A stretch of 62,353 nucleotides of DNA, filler included, from Asterionella formosa (Eukaryota), in the NCBI GenBank assembly GCA_002256025.1. It is 7 parts of 7 records of this genome, joined end to end, with 100 filler letters (N's around TTAATTAATTAA, not from the genome) between each part and the next. Parts side by side here need not be neighbours in the genome. Positions count along the whole stretch, not along the records: positions 17,868 to 26,693 come from NKIB01011571.1; positions 26,794 to 35,617 come from NKIB01011572.1; 5 more parts are not named here. One strand, 5' to 3'. The notes beneath the pieces are model-generated. The model saw only the letters and a program-made list of their open reading frames with translations. It made no database searches and was not told the DNA's origin. Both the position numbers and the translations under genes were made by a program. How positions within the stretch are numbered: position 1 is the first letter of the stretch; each line of letters starts with the position of its first letter. Positions 22,950 to 35,717 of the stretch are shown here, piece after piece.

Positions 22950-23721
22950 ATTTCTCTCACAAGAAACAGTGATTCATTTGAATGGTCTTCTTGGAAACCC
23001 GAAAAGATGCTGTAAAAGTACACTGAAGACCAAAACTGCAACATACTGCAGAAAGTTTGGTTCGATCACATGACAAATTTTGTCAGTCAGCAACAATGGA
23101 CTAAGCTACTAGATAGGAATCTGGAGCCATCAGCATTCCTTGATATATCTATAGTGGGGACCAACTTTCACTTTCCTACAACCTACAATGAAAAATGTAT
23201 TACATGGTTCTGTAATTTCTGATGTAATTGGTGTTGGAGCTAAGAAGAAGATGGCAAAGTGGAGAGTGAATATGTTGGAGGGCAATGTGGCCAGCTACTC
23301 TAGGGTATTAAATTCAGTAAGCCAAATTTCTAGGGTATTAAATTCAGTAAGCCAAATGGAAATGATTCAAGCAATGAATGAAGTCATGCCTATTGTTGGT
23401 GAGATTAATGAAGAAAATGACAGGGCAAAGGAAGCAAGATCACTTGCAAAGAAAGTTGAGACCCACCAGGATAGTAAGGAGGAGAGAAAGAAGGTGGTGG
23501 CAGCTGTAAAATCATTGGAGCAGAAGAAGCTTGCACTTGTGCCTCATATAAGTCCACTGATTGATACAGCCATACATAATGAGGATATGAAATAGACATT
23601 ATTTATGTAGTACCTAGAATAATATGCAAACGAGCGGAGCAAGATAGATCTTGACCAACCATTCCAGGGGAGCACTGGAGCGCGCTACCAGAGGAAGCGC
23701 GATACATTACAACGCAGCTAG
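22950..23721 (+). mobile_element. Relic of a probable DNA transposon 3' end (broken ORF plus a repeated terminal segment)
   Basis: ORF piece 23188-23595 has an internal 30-bp tandem duplication (23299-23357). The downstream segment ~23617-23686 recurs at ~26825-26894 on another scaffold. Confidence 0.4.
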
Positions 23722-24454
23722 ATTTGGTATATCATCATAACCATCACCATACGACATGCACTATACGGCAAATTTTAACTTGCGTACGTGGCTGTGACGT
23801 GCTGGCTGGGGATGGTCAGCCAAAGTTTTTTTCGGCTTCTTTGTTGTTGCATTTCAAACTGGCACTCCGTACCTTGTGGTACTTGGTGCCAGAGTACCAG
23901 GTACCAGGTTTATTCCGGTAGAACAGCACATGGCAGCTGTATGTTGAATCCTGATCCTGATACTGAGTTACAACTTGAAAATACGTAGAGAGCTCGTCCT
24001 TATTCCATTATAATCCTTAATTACGCCCCTCGTCCGGAGCAAATAGCTGACATAAAGTGTATGACATAGCGGTATCTAGTTAGTAATCGGAGTACAGTAC
24101 ATCATTTGAACAAATCATTACTTTGGTGACCGTACCTGGTACCTCCTGGTACTTGCACTAACAATTCCACGTCGCTGTTACCAGTTCACTCATCCTCCGG
24201 GTGCAACGGTATTAACTGGTATGGTAATTCAATCGAGCTGGTGCGGCAGATATGATGTATGTATGCTTCCATTTTATAAATACTTAAAGAGTACTTGCTT
24301 TTACATGATCAAACAATTGTTCTTTCATTCTTTTACATTATCATCATAATTGGCTGTGTCCACCTACTGTTGCCTTATACTTCTCTGCTTGTGCGTAAAG
24401 AAAGCCAGCACGTTCAGAATCTCTCGCACTCACAAAATAGCGAGCCAGTTAACA

Positions 24455-25048
24455 ATGTCTGGGTCTGATTTGGCTCCCTTTGTTTTGGCCGTTCTTCGAG
24501 ACAAAGTTTTGGCGGATCAAATGGAAGAAATTCATCAGCTCCGCGAAAAGCTCAATGTCTTTAATCGCATTGCTATTACGAGTTCCAACGGTGATACATA
24601 CGTAGAAGCGAGAATGGAGGATGGATATGAAGTCAATAGCAGCAAATGGAGTATTGATCTGAGCAAGAAGAAGCCAAAGTCATGTTCCTTTCGGCAGTTC
24701 GCAATCGCGGAATTGCATATGAACGGGATTAGACTTGGTGAAATTGCTCGGGATTGTGTGGATGGATACGCAGACAACTACCTTTACAAAGAGGGCCGAG
24801 GCGAGATTGAAATATTCTTTCTCTCTGGAGTTGTCATCAATGTTTCTATCGGACCCATCGCAATGGTGGATTATGAACGCTTGGGTGACGAGCACGAAAA
24901 CAATGATGCAGAAATGTTTGTTCCGCTGCTCTTTGATGGCTCGCTGTTTCCTGACTTTTCATGTCAGATGAATGTACAATTCAGAAGCATATCATTTTCA
25001 GGGGGATGTGCGAAGGGAGCTTTGAAAGTTGTGAATCCGACGGGATGA
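24455..25048 (+). CDS. Hypothetical protein, 197 aa, of a diatom family starting SDLAPFV.A.LRDKV
   Basis: Clean ORF with ATG at 24455; N-terminus MSGSDLAPFVLAVLRDKVLADQMEEIHQLREKL is coiled-coil-like; convergent with the threonine aldolase gene. Confidence 0.72.
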   Translation: MSGSDLAPFVLAVLRDKVLADQMEEIHQLREKLNVFNRIAITSSNGDTYVEARMEDGYEVNSSKWSIDLSKKKPKSCSFRQFAIAELHMNGIRLGEIARDCVDGYADNYLYKEGRGEIEIFFLSGVVINVSIGPIAMVDYERLGDEHENNDAEMFVPLLFDGSLFPDFSCQMNVQFRSISFSGGCAKGALKVVNPTG

Positions 25049-25213
25049 AGTGGCGCTAACATAATTATGATAAAGAAAACCGTTCAACTACAAGGAGCTA
25101 CCTGATGCGGTTGATTACTTCTATATTACAAAATACATTGTACTACACAACACAAAAAGTATTTAATATGCATGACGTAGCAAAAGCCGCGCAATATCTC
25201 GTGTCGCATGTAC

Positions 25214-26479
25214 CTACTTCTTGTTTATTTCAGCGGCTAGTGCTTTCCAGCCACGTAAAAAGGCTTCATCAGGAATGCTTCCATTTGCTTCTCCCATGGT
25301 CCACTCAAACTTGGATTGACCTTCGCCAGCGGGACGAACGCGGTTTAAGACACGAATGCCGAGTTCATTCTCTATTTTCTCCTTTATCAACTGGAAATCT
25401 TTGGCGTTGAGCCGTAAATATCCATGAATCATGTTCACCTCAGGAACTGGTGGATCAAAGGTCACGATGGTGTTGATATCAGAGTCTGCCGTTAGTTGAG
25501 CAACTATTCTTGCCAATTTTTCCTTCTTCGCGAGAAACGTCATTGTCCCTCCCTCCCCTACCCAATTTCGTTTGTAACCATTCCACCCCGACACAGCATA
25601 TGGGAGTAATGTGTAGAGATTTCCTCCAAAACGTCGCAACCAAATACGTGCTTCATCGCAAAATTCACAAGAACCCATCAGCATGGCGCCGCTGATACCC
25701 CCCAAACCTTTGTAGAAGGAAATATAGATGCTATCGAAAAGTTGTGCTAGTTCCGCAGGCGTCTTTGAATAACCAACAGTGGCTTCAAAAATACGTGCCC
25801 CATCACAATGCAAACGAACGCCTTCACGAGAACACAATTCTCGAATCATAAGCAGATCTTCAAAGGGAGTACACTTCCCTCCGATCTCTCGATGCGGAAT
25901 TTCGACAATCAACGTTGATAGAATGTCACCAACAATAGAAACATCACGATCCTTCTTGATTTTCTCAAATGTTTCAAAAACATGACATGCTCTTATTGGA
26001 GAGATAAACAATCCATTATTTTCAATATTTTGTTTGGTATCAATAACAACGGCTTCCATACCCAACAATTCTCGATACCCATCCTCTTCGTGAAGCACTA
26101 AATGACTTGAATGATGACATGCAAAAAGGAGTTTCTTTTCTTGTTGTGTTGATGACGCATGAATGAGTAGTGCAATTTGTTGCGCCATGACACCGCTGGG
26201 CATAAAGACAGCATCATCCTGTTGGAATTCCAACGCCACTTCTGCCTCGAATGTTCGAAGAAAGCTCTCGTTACACGACGACGAAAAGTCTCCATACACG
26301 TCAAACTTATCAATTCCAAGTCGATCGCAATCGTCTGCCAGATTTCTCAGCGTTTCCGCTGGACTGAGCTCAAAATGCGGCGCTTGAAGAGAAATGATTG
26401 ATGGCTTGGTTGTTGATGCGCCTAGAGCCGTGATGAAGTGTGGAGAAAACAAGAAAAGAGACCGTCGTGTGAAATGCAT
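25214..26479 (-). CDS. Low-specificity L-threonine aldolase (PLP-dependent, LtaE/Gly1 family), intronless, with an N-terminal targeting-like extension
   Basis: AVFMPSGVMAQ, SHLVLHEEDG, EIPHREIGG, LHCDGARI and the PLP-lysine motif YISFYKGLGG. Confidence 0.92.
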   Translation of the reverse strand: MHFTRRSLFLFSPHFITALGASTTKPSIISLQAPHFELSPAETLRNLADDCDRLGIDKFDVYGDFSSSCNESFLRTFEAEVALEFQQDDAVFMPSGVMAQQIALLIHASSTQQEKKLLFACHHSSHLVLHEEDGYRELLGMEAVVIDTKQNIENNGLFISPIRACHVFETFEKIKKDRDVSIVGDILSTLIVEIPHREIGGKCTPFEDLLMIRELCSREGVRLHCDGARIFEATVGYSKTPAELAQLFDSIYISFYKGLGGISGAMLMGSCEFCDEARIWLRRFGGNLYTLLPYAVSGWNGYKRNWVGEGGTMTFLAKKEKLARIVAQLTADSDINTIVTFDPPVPEVNMIHGYLRLNAKDFQLIKEKIENELGIRVLNRVRPAGEGQSKFEWTMGEANGSIPDEAFLRGWKALAAEINKK

Positions 26480-26693
26480 GCTGCTGGCAATAGTCAATGG
26501 ATGATTTCTGCTCTTTGGATCTAAGTGTATATACAGCTATTTGTCTAGCAACGAGTCTAGCTCTGTTGTACTCATGGGAGTATGGCCAACGATTTCTAGC
26601 GTTCTCTCTGACGATTGATGATATATCGGAAATGATGGCGGCGCAATCGAATGGGGTCATCAACAGCACAACATGCCGTCATTGTCAGAAATA

Positions 26694-26793
26694 NNNNNNN
26701 NNNNNNNNNNNNNNNNNNNNNNNNNNNNNNNNNNNNNTTAATTAATTAANNNNNNNNNNNNNNNNNNNNNNNNNNNNNNNNNNNNNNNNNNNN
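26694..26793. other. Artificial scaffold-concatenation spacer
   Basis: N44-TTAATTAATTAA-N44. Confidence 0.97.
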
Positions 26794-27046
26794 CTTAACG
26801 GAAATAGACAGGATTTATATAGCAGAAAAATCTGCAGACGAGCGGCGTGAGAAAGATCTTGACCGGTCATTCCAGGGCAGTACTGGAGCGCGCTGGAGTA
26901 GGCGCCATATATTTCAACATACCAGTACCCATCAAGTACTATGGATATCTGATTCATCAGCTGGTGCGGTAAGCAGGAAGTCACCAATTCCCCGGAAAAC
27001 CCGAGCAATCTTGTTCCCGTATTTATCACTTGCATCGACGACAATA

Positions 27047-30000
27047 TAAAAATACTTGATGTTGAAATGTCGTGTGCGTTTTCCTGAACTTGCTTTTCCA
27101 TTTGCTTCTAGCTTCATTGCGCGAGTGTTGTCACGATAAATGACATTCGTAGTCACCTTGTGTCCTTGTGCTTCAATAAATAATTTCGTCCACAACACCT
27201 TTGATATAATGTCATTGAAACCAACCAATTCTGCTTCAGTAGAACTTCTAGTGTTCACTTTCTGTTTCGTAGACATAGAACAAATAATTCCGTTTCCAAG
27301 TGACATTGTAGCTCCTGTGTGACTTTTAAAATCCTTGTGTACAGCAAACGCCACATCAACATACCATTTAATGCTCTGAGTGTCATCAGCACTCATAGAT
27401 GCAACCTCGTCTTGAGTTGCTTTCAAGAAATTCATGAATCTTGACTAATTTTACCCAATCGCCTTCATTCGGTTTGATAGTTCGGGTTGCCAGAAATGCA
27501 ATTCCTGGTTGAATGTCCTGTCTTCCTCGCTTACATAGGAACATTCCTTTCATAACAAAAGTATGAAATATTTTTGCTTTTTCATATTCAAGGTTCTTTG
27601 ATTTTGTATCAACTGTGAACAATTTATCTGTCCATGGAAATTTTCCGACACCTTCAAGTTTATCCGGAAAATCATCAATCATTGATTTCACATATTTGGT
27701 CATGTCCACCCTCAACACTCCTGGAAGAGAGTAATCTAGCATCATAGCCAAATAATCATGCTTCTTTCCACGCATGACCTTGACTTCACCAATTTCGTCA
27801 GAAGCGTATTTCTTTTTGAGCCATTCCAAAAATTGATCATTCACTTTGCTGTCCATGTGACTTGATTTCAAATCGTCTACGTGCCAAGTAACTGTGTGCT
27901 GTTTGCCATTAACAATGCGATTTGCTACACATGGATCGTATGGGTTGGAGCTTGAATCCAATTGACTCAATATCCTTCCGAAATTTCTTGTAATATAATA
28001 ATGATGACTGTAACATGCCATATAATGCCTTGATCATCCTAACATATAGGACCTTGTTGTTCCCTTCATAAACAACATATTTTTCATAAGTCTCGGGGCT
28101 GAGATCTGTCAACATAATGACAAGTAATCCTCTAATCTTCATAATGATTCGCTCCCCTTTTTCTTTCTCATTAATATCCACTTGCAAAAATGCATTGGGT
28201 ATATCTGCAGTCATAACGTCGCGATTTTGCTTCGCATCAATTGTTGCTGCTATCATAACAGATTCAGTCATGGTGGTTGGACTAGCTGCTTCATCTCTTT
28301 CCATATATTCACGTTGCAAACTGCCATTGGCACATGCTCTGCCTTTAATGCTCTTGTCTCTCTTTTCAACCAAAAAAATTAGACTTTCCATTGCACGTCG
28401 CTTTTCAATATCGGTTAGGTCTTCAATCCTAATCGGTTCAAATACAACTCTATCATGTAGTTGTTTCATTTCTTTATAGGCAGCGTCTCTCCCTTTCTGG
28501 CCAAATTTCTTGAGGCCTTTCCTTAAGCCGTATGACTGAAAAAAGTGAAATGCTTCTTTATCGATACACATCTCATTCATATGACACATTGTCTTTTGCG
28601 ATCTCTTTCGCATTATCAGTCGTGTATTCTTCTCGACAGTGTGCTTGGGTATGCAAATGATTTTGGACCATAGTTAGTTTTGATGGTGGTCTTGAGACTC
28701 TTCCAGCCCTTGTAGTTCTAACATTTGGGTCTGTTTCATTCTGAGTGCTTGGATTGACTTCTAACATTGCCTCTTCATTTTCATTTTCAGTTTCATTTGC
28801 TGGCTCTTCATCCTCATCTTGGATTTCGTCTGAATTCATTTCAATATTATTATCATTGTTGCCCTCTGGTTCAGGGTCATCCTCTTGAGTATTGTTGTTT
28901 AATTCGAGCTGTTCTGCTTCATATATTTCATCCGGAGTCATTTCATCATAGTCTTCATCTCCGAGAATTTCATCATTTCCTTTGTTGTCACTAACGTCTT
29001 GATCTTCATAATCTTCATCGTGTGCATCTTCAAATGCTTCATTATCACTAGCGTCTTGCTCTTCATAATCTTCATCGTGTGCATCTTCAAATGCTTCATT
29101 ATCATAATCCACTCCTGCAATCCAAGCACTATCATAAAATAGTTGTCCCGTTCGATTTGATATCTTGAGACCATCTGACATATTTTCCTGCACAGCAAGG
29201 GCGTGTACTTGATTCATGATTGCTGGGGTAAGTGGTAGAGGAGTAATTGTTCGTCTAGTGATCAATGAATTTGTAGGTAGGTGTAACAATTCATGACCTC
29301 CTTGCACGTTGTCGTTGTAGTGTAGATAAATGCAATCTAGGCTGCGTGGTGCATTAGTGTTTGAAAACACAGGTTCTTCATGTGCTTGGACATAAGTGCC
29401 AAATGTATACTGGCAATGTCGAGCATAGTCCAAGTTTCGTTGATGTAAAATCATACAAGGACTGTAATATGGGGATATCCCATTCTTCGCCGGAAAGAAA
29501 TTCATTTTCCTTGCAGACTCTATCACTAGAATCTTAATCATCAGTCGTGGCAAATGTTTGAAAGGTAATCGATGATAAGCTGCGCGCACGCATTCTTTAA
29601 TCACTCGATTATTTCGCTTCGCTTCGGGAACATGTTCTTGTGGGTTTGCGTAGTTCATAGTGACTTTGAAATTCATTGGAAATTTGTTCCATCAAAGGTC
29701 GAAACTCGTTGTCACAGTGGATTGTTGTAATTTTAAATCCTCCGGTATTATAAACACGGAATACTTGAATCAAAGCATCTCGATAGACTTCAGCTGTCTG
29801 ATTCTTGACCCATTGCGCTGTCCTATAAATAATGTCTCGAGAAATTGTTGTGAGAAATGATTGTCCATTGACTTTCATTCCATCCATGCAAAGAATCACT
29901 TCGCGTTGAGCTTGAATAAGCTCCTTAGGAATCTCGATGTAGTCATTCACGACTGGCAGCAGCTTGCGACGAGTTGTCTTGCCTTTTAGTGTTCCGATGT

Positions 30001-32200
30001 CAGGTCCAAAAATTTTCTCTGCAATTTTGATATCATCGGTAGTCACTGGATTATTGTTGATCGTATTCATATGAATTATTGCCTTGAAATCATTAATTGA
30101 TGGTGTACCCAAGGCATGAAATAAATCACGAGCTTGCCTGGCTCTTTCAAATTGACGCTCAGTGTAAAATGTTTTGTTTTCTTCAACCAAATTAAACATT
30201 TGAGCATTTTCTGCTTTTATTTTTGTAGTAGGCTTGAAAACATATAAGTTCATCCCAATTCTTTTGAATCGATCTGGCTTGTCAGGCAAATGAACAATGA
30301 ATGCATCTTCTTTCTGAGAGTTGTAGGTAATTCTGTACCTATCTACCATTTCGGCATAACTGAAGATGTTTGTGATTGCATTTTCGTTAAACCATACTTC
30401 TCCCCATTGTGGAAGATCAGCCTTCATATTTGTGACCATGGATCCACCATTTGTGGCCAGGTGCATGCTTCTGTTGGTTGACATTCGAATGTTTTCAACC
30501 ATTTTTGGATTGCAAAAGACTGTGACACTTGATTGATTATCCAATAGTATCCAGTCACGCATCTCAGATGCTTGGTAAAATTGTAATTGTAGTTTCATAT
30601 GAGGTCCCGTCCATCCAAATTGATTGACATTTGCTTGTTGTGAAGCTTGTGATGATGGCGGGTTGTCGGAATTAACAGCGGTAACTGTACTCGTGTCGGA
30701 TATATTAGCCTGTGCCTGTGCATGGCTTTGGGCCCTGTTAATTGCCCATTCCTCTTTGGGTTTATTCTTGCCTCGGCACGAAGGAGTTTTGCGACCTGCT
30801 TTCCCGCAGCAGTAAATTTTCCTTCTATCTGTGCAAACGATAAGTTCACATCTTCGTCTTCCTTGCCTGCATCCTTTTGCTCTCTCTCTTTATTATTTTC
30901 TCCTGGTTTCTTGTAGTAAGCTTTATTTGTTACGTCAAACCGATGGTTGCTGAGAACATTATTTGATTCGGTGATGCTCTTCGGGTATTGATTGTTGCCG
31001 AGTGATTGTTGAGTGTTCAGCCCGGTCATAATTGATCCGTATTTGGCCTTGTTTTGTTGGCATTATCGCGATATAAATATGCCATAAATTGACTGAATGC
31101 TTGTTCACGAAATTTATCTCGTTGCTTGATGTCGGTCTCGTTGTATCCATCCATGGCTTCAACAAACTTGGTGAGGATAATGGGTCCTCCCATGTGTGAC
31201 TTGAGCACATCTCGTGCCACACGAACTCTCTTGGTGTAGTCTTGTAGGCCGTCTTCTTCTTTCTGCTTTGTAAATAAAAGCGTTCTTATCGCATCTAAAA
31301 TGATTGACATTGAATATCGATTTTCTTGAAAATTTAGTGCGTGTTCTTTAATTGCCATAAGCAATGTTAGTGGGTTATTTTCGATCCTACTGTAATCGGA
31401 TCTCGCCTCAATTTTGTTCTTCATGGCTTTGTTGCATCTTTCCCAGAGCAACGCAAATGCCTTGGTATTATTATTTTCGTAGGCCTGTACCCTTTTACTG
31501 TAGGTGTCATAATCGGCCTTGAACTCAATCTCATATTGTCGATTCTCTGCAGCGCGATCTTCTTCTTTTGTTGCAATGCTCACTTGCATTCTTGGCTTCC
31601 ATACCAATGTGTTGATTGGTTCTAATGACTTGAGCGCGATTCCAATGTTGCTGCCATAATCAAATATTTTTTTGATGTAGCTTATGAGATACTTCGTAGT
31701 ATTCTCATAGTCGGATGCTTGCTTTGCTGATCCAAGGTAGTAGCTGTAGTCATTGATTGACTTCTTGATGGAGTGAGAAGCAATAATGCTTCTTCCTTGG
31801 CTTGAAACTTGCCCTTGGCTTGAGCCTTCTTGGTGAACTGTCCTTTGCCACTCATGATGCGCCTTGTGTGACTTCTTCAGACTCTGGATGGTCTGGTACC
31901 CTCAGATCTTGTCTCCGGACTCTCAATGGTCCAACCTGTTGTTGATTGTGATATCACGGCTCTTCCTGGCCGGATAATTCAATTAAAACTGTTGAAATTG
32001 CGTCCCGAAGCACTCTATGCTTTCTTGTATCCTGTAAGGACACGTCAGGGACCAAATAGGCTGTAGATATGAACAACGATGTCCGTAATCGATTGTAATC
32101 GTTCCTAAGAGTTTTAATAGAATTATGGGTTTTACTGTTGGCGTAGATTGTTTTCGAATTCTCTGGTACCATATTCTTGCTTGATTCATTCGATTCAACA
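27047..32200 (-). mobile_element. CoDi-type Copia LTR retrotransposon, copy B (same family as copy A); nearly full internal region, frameshifted, 3'-truncated in RNase H
   Basis: gag from ATG 31855, protease LLDNQSS, integrase LCMDG/HCDNEF/EHVPEA, RT WHVDDLK, RNase H WYVD..SSTEAEL..YRDN. Homology stops after RHFNIKYFY, so the last catalytic Asp and the 3' LTR are absent. Confidence 0.96.
32161..32171 (-). promoter_or_regulatory. Primer-binding site of copy B (tRNA-iMet type)
   Basis: TGGTACCAGAG on the minus strand, one mismatch from the canonical TGGTATCAGAG, at the 5' boundary of the element. Confidence 0.7.
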
Positions 32201-35200
32201 TGTAGTAGGTAATTTATACCGGGATTTTCTTTCCTAAAATAGTTTCTCCAACAATCAAGAACTTCACAAACTCTCTGGAATGAAGAGCAATGCTTAGATG
32301 CTCTATGAATCTATTAGAAGCATTTCAGTAACTAGCATATCTGCCTCTAGAGAATCATGAAAAGGAGGAACTAAATTAATGCAGAGAGAAGAAGCCTTGC
32401 GAAAAAAGTGTAGGCAACATAGTCCATAAGCGACAGAAATCTATGAAAATGGCGCCTGGGGAGATTGCTCTAGGGGCCGGAGAGCCGTATACTTGGGACA
32501 AGTCTGTACAAGTCCCTCTTCAGGTTCAGCAAATATGGAAGGAAGATGCACTTGGAATCGACAAGAGTCAAACGGGTGAGTCGAACATTTGATGAATGTC
32601 ATATCGAAAAGATTCGCATTGTAGAATGCTACAAGCTTCTACGCGGAGTTCAGTCCTCGTTGAATGTATCAATAATATAATATACTATATAGGTATGCCG
32701 GATCTAATATCTTTTATTTCTGACAAGCAATTTTGGAGAAGGAAATTCCAGAGCTGAATGACTATAATGCTAACTCTTTGTTCATTCTCCGGTTCGTTGC
32801 GCAGTTGTGTGGAAAAATGCAGTTGAATCACTGGATGCATTGAATCGGTTTCTGGCACCAAGTTATCGGAATTTGCTCGGCGTTTTGTTGAGGGATACAT
32901 GCACCAAGTTATTGGAATTCTCGTATAGAGCAAACAGCCTTTAAAGATCTGACAACATGAACGTAGTTGTGTGGAAGAAAGTTTGGAGTTTGCGACCGTG
33001 ATCATTGCGAACGACATTAAGATCCAACAATAACGCAAAGGCGAGTGTTCCTTGCTTCCAGTTCTAGAGCTCTTATTTTCAATGGAAAGAAAGCTTTACT
33101 ACAAAGTGTGCTTTTTGAAATTTGGTTCGCGATGCATGATTCAACGGTTCCATGCCAAAGGCGGTTTCTCAACGCTTGGTGACTATTTGTCAGTCAGGAT
33201 CAATACACCGCTTTTCCCTTTGTTGGAGTTTTTGCATCAGATTCTGGCCGCACTCGTTTGATGCCGTTCCCAGTCAACAAATTGTAAACGATGACATCTT
33301 GTCGGCGAAGGAGATGGAAGATCATGCGATCATGGTATCACAAGCTGTGATGGATTACATGAACAGCTTCACCGATGAATCCCTCAAGAAACAACCACCG
33401 GAGCTGATCATCACCTGTCGCGAGTATTTGCAGAAAATCTTTGATCGTCTCGTTGTCTCTCGTCGAAAGCAGACGTATAAGTTTTATTCGTTTTGGCCCA
33501 GTTTGATTTTGAAATTGATCACGTCTCGATCACTTCCCTTGAGACTAACTGGTTGGGAACAGCTCAAGAATTGTATCGAAGCATGCAAAAATCATCGTCC
33601 ACCACCAAAGATGTTCGAGGTGTCTCAAGCAGGTTTCCATATTTGTCAACGGAATATTCGATTTCGCAGGAGTGATGCATTACAGCTGGCGGGTATGCCC
33701 GGTCCTGGAAAGGACCTCACACTGTTTCGTTGTACAATGCGCTCACAGCAAAAATGGTGGTTTCTATCTGAGGCAGACTAAGAGCAACTGGGAACGGATA
33801 GAGACAGTGATTATTACCAGTACAAGTCGAAGGAAGATAAGGAGTTGCAACCTCCCCCTCGCGGTTTTGGGTAACATGCCAAACCGAAATGCCGGCATTG
33901 ATCCTCCACCGCAGTTGCGGGACGGAGGTCTGATGGTAGGTACCAAAGGGTGAAGAGTACAATACTCTCGAGCACTTACTAGCAAGATGGGCAATTGAAA
34001 ATAACATTGTTGAACTTGTCTTGGGCGCATCGTTGCACCGTGAAGTTTTCAATAGATCAACTCCAATTGATTGACTTTCTTGCCTCCATGTGCGAGCACG
34101 ATGAGCCAGTCAAGGGGGTACCGGATGATGGAGTTGATCCTAATGCATTTTGCTTGAAAGCAGAGCATTTGCCTCCTTGCTTGGAGAACTTGTGCAAGCA
34201 AGGCCGATGCAGCTGTCTCCGAAGAGATTTATCACCTTCTTGTATCCATTCTTCCATCGCTTCCAAGAAATCTCCATGCAATATCGCTTGTCCGGGCTGT
34301 GGAGGACACTCTGAATGCTGCAAAAGGTAGCTCACTGTTTGAAGTTGCCGAATTTTGTGGTGCACTTGCAAGATCAGCAAACATGGACGCCAAAGCAGGG
34401 CAACTTGGTGTGCACTACTTTCGCTCGGAAGTGGTCCGCGTTGAGGTACTTACGCTTCTCTGGGCTGTGATGACCCACCCAAATGCGTCCGCTCTGAAAA
34501 ACTACGAGATTTTGAAGCAGTATGTTAACCACAAGCTGCATATTGAAACATTCCTTGAATCCTGCACAAAATCGCTGGCATTGAATGCGGGACAATTGGC
34601 AGGAGGTACCCCCGTTGATGAGTTTTTAGCTTTGTGAATGGTGCAATTGACCGTTTTTGTGTTGGAAGCATGCCCACCTGAACAGGCAATGGCCATTTGT
34701 CAACGCAAATCAAGGAAGGTTGGCGTCCCTTCTTTTCAAAGAGTTAACGGCTTACTTGTCAAGGCGTAAGGCTGATGTGAGATCATCACCTATTCCGAAA
34801 AGAGTAAGTATTGAACCTACTTTGCCTTGCATTTAGATTTTCCTTGTTTGTGACTCACATTTTGGAAGTTGATTTCAATGCAGAGTTCCGCTGGAAGCGT
34901 TGATATAAAGGTGGACAACGCTGCCGCTCTCTACGAACGTTTACGAATTCTTCGTTATGTTTATGGTGTCTCTGAAACTGTGAAGTATTTTTTTTGTACA
35001 ACTTCAACATCTGTGGCAATTGTGTGATATTCCTCCTGATAGAGAGGAGGTTCTAATGGTGTTTGTTGCACACGGATCATTTTTGGGGGACTTCACAGAA
35101 CTTGAAGCATCATAGCACCTCGCCCTCAGGGTCAGAATGACTCATGCCTATCCTCTGCTTTTTCTGATGAGGTAAGGACATCCGCTTTCCTTGACCTTTT

Positions 35201-35238
35201 CTGTTCACAAGCAGTAAGTTGGGATGAGTGGTCATGTG
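32201..35238 (+). pseudogene. Decayed fragment of a large ubiquitin-specific protease gene (USP34-like N-terminal region)
   Basis: Frame-broken pieces RFHAKGGF..L, FWPSLILKLITSRSLPLRLTGWEQL, LFRCTMRSQQKWWFLSEAD, with many stops and frameshifts and a retained intron (~34804-34882). Bounded on both sides by LTR-element ends. The family call is from memory of USP34/USP9-type motifs; the catalytic domain is not present. Confidence 0.55.
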
Positions 35239-35617
35239 TGTTGGAAAAATGCGAGCTGACTGCCACAGGACAGGAGTGAAGGGTATAGTAGACACGAGAG
35301 AGAACAGTACTACGGTAAAGCCACTACAGCCGCTACCAAGATGTACCCGGGCTGACGTGGTAAAAGGCACAACACAAGCAAAAACAATCAGAGGTCAGAA
35401 AATGTTAAAATGCTATGTGAGTGATAAGAGTGTTTCAAGACCATTATCTTGAAACAATCCAGTTAGTAAAGTGAAAGTTTAAGTTGACGTCTTCTTTGTT
35501 GCTATCAATTTCATCAACTATATTCGATTAACACAGTACTAGGTTCAAGGCCGTCATTGTCGATTATGGTGGTTGAAACAAAATTGTCTTGAGATAAAAT
35601 AAAACAAAAGGAACAGC
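35239..35617 (+). mobile_element. LTR of the family at 37204-37618, truncated by the scaffold end
   Basis: Starts TGTTGGAAAAAT and aligns along its length with the reverse complement of 37618-37234. Confidence 0.92.
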
Positions 35618-35717
35618 NNNNNNNNNNNNNNNNNNNNNNNNNNNNNNNNNNNNNNNNNNNNTTAATTAATTAANNNNNNNNNNNNNNNNNNNNNNNNNNN
35701 NNNNNNNNNNNNNNNNN
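35618..35717. other. Artificial scaffold-concatenation spacer
   Basis: N44-TTAATTAATTAA-N44. Confidence 0.97.
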
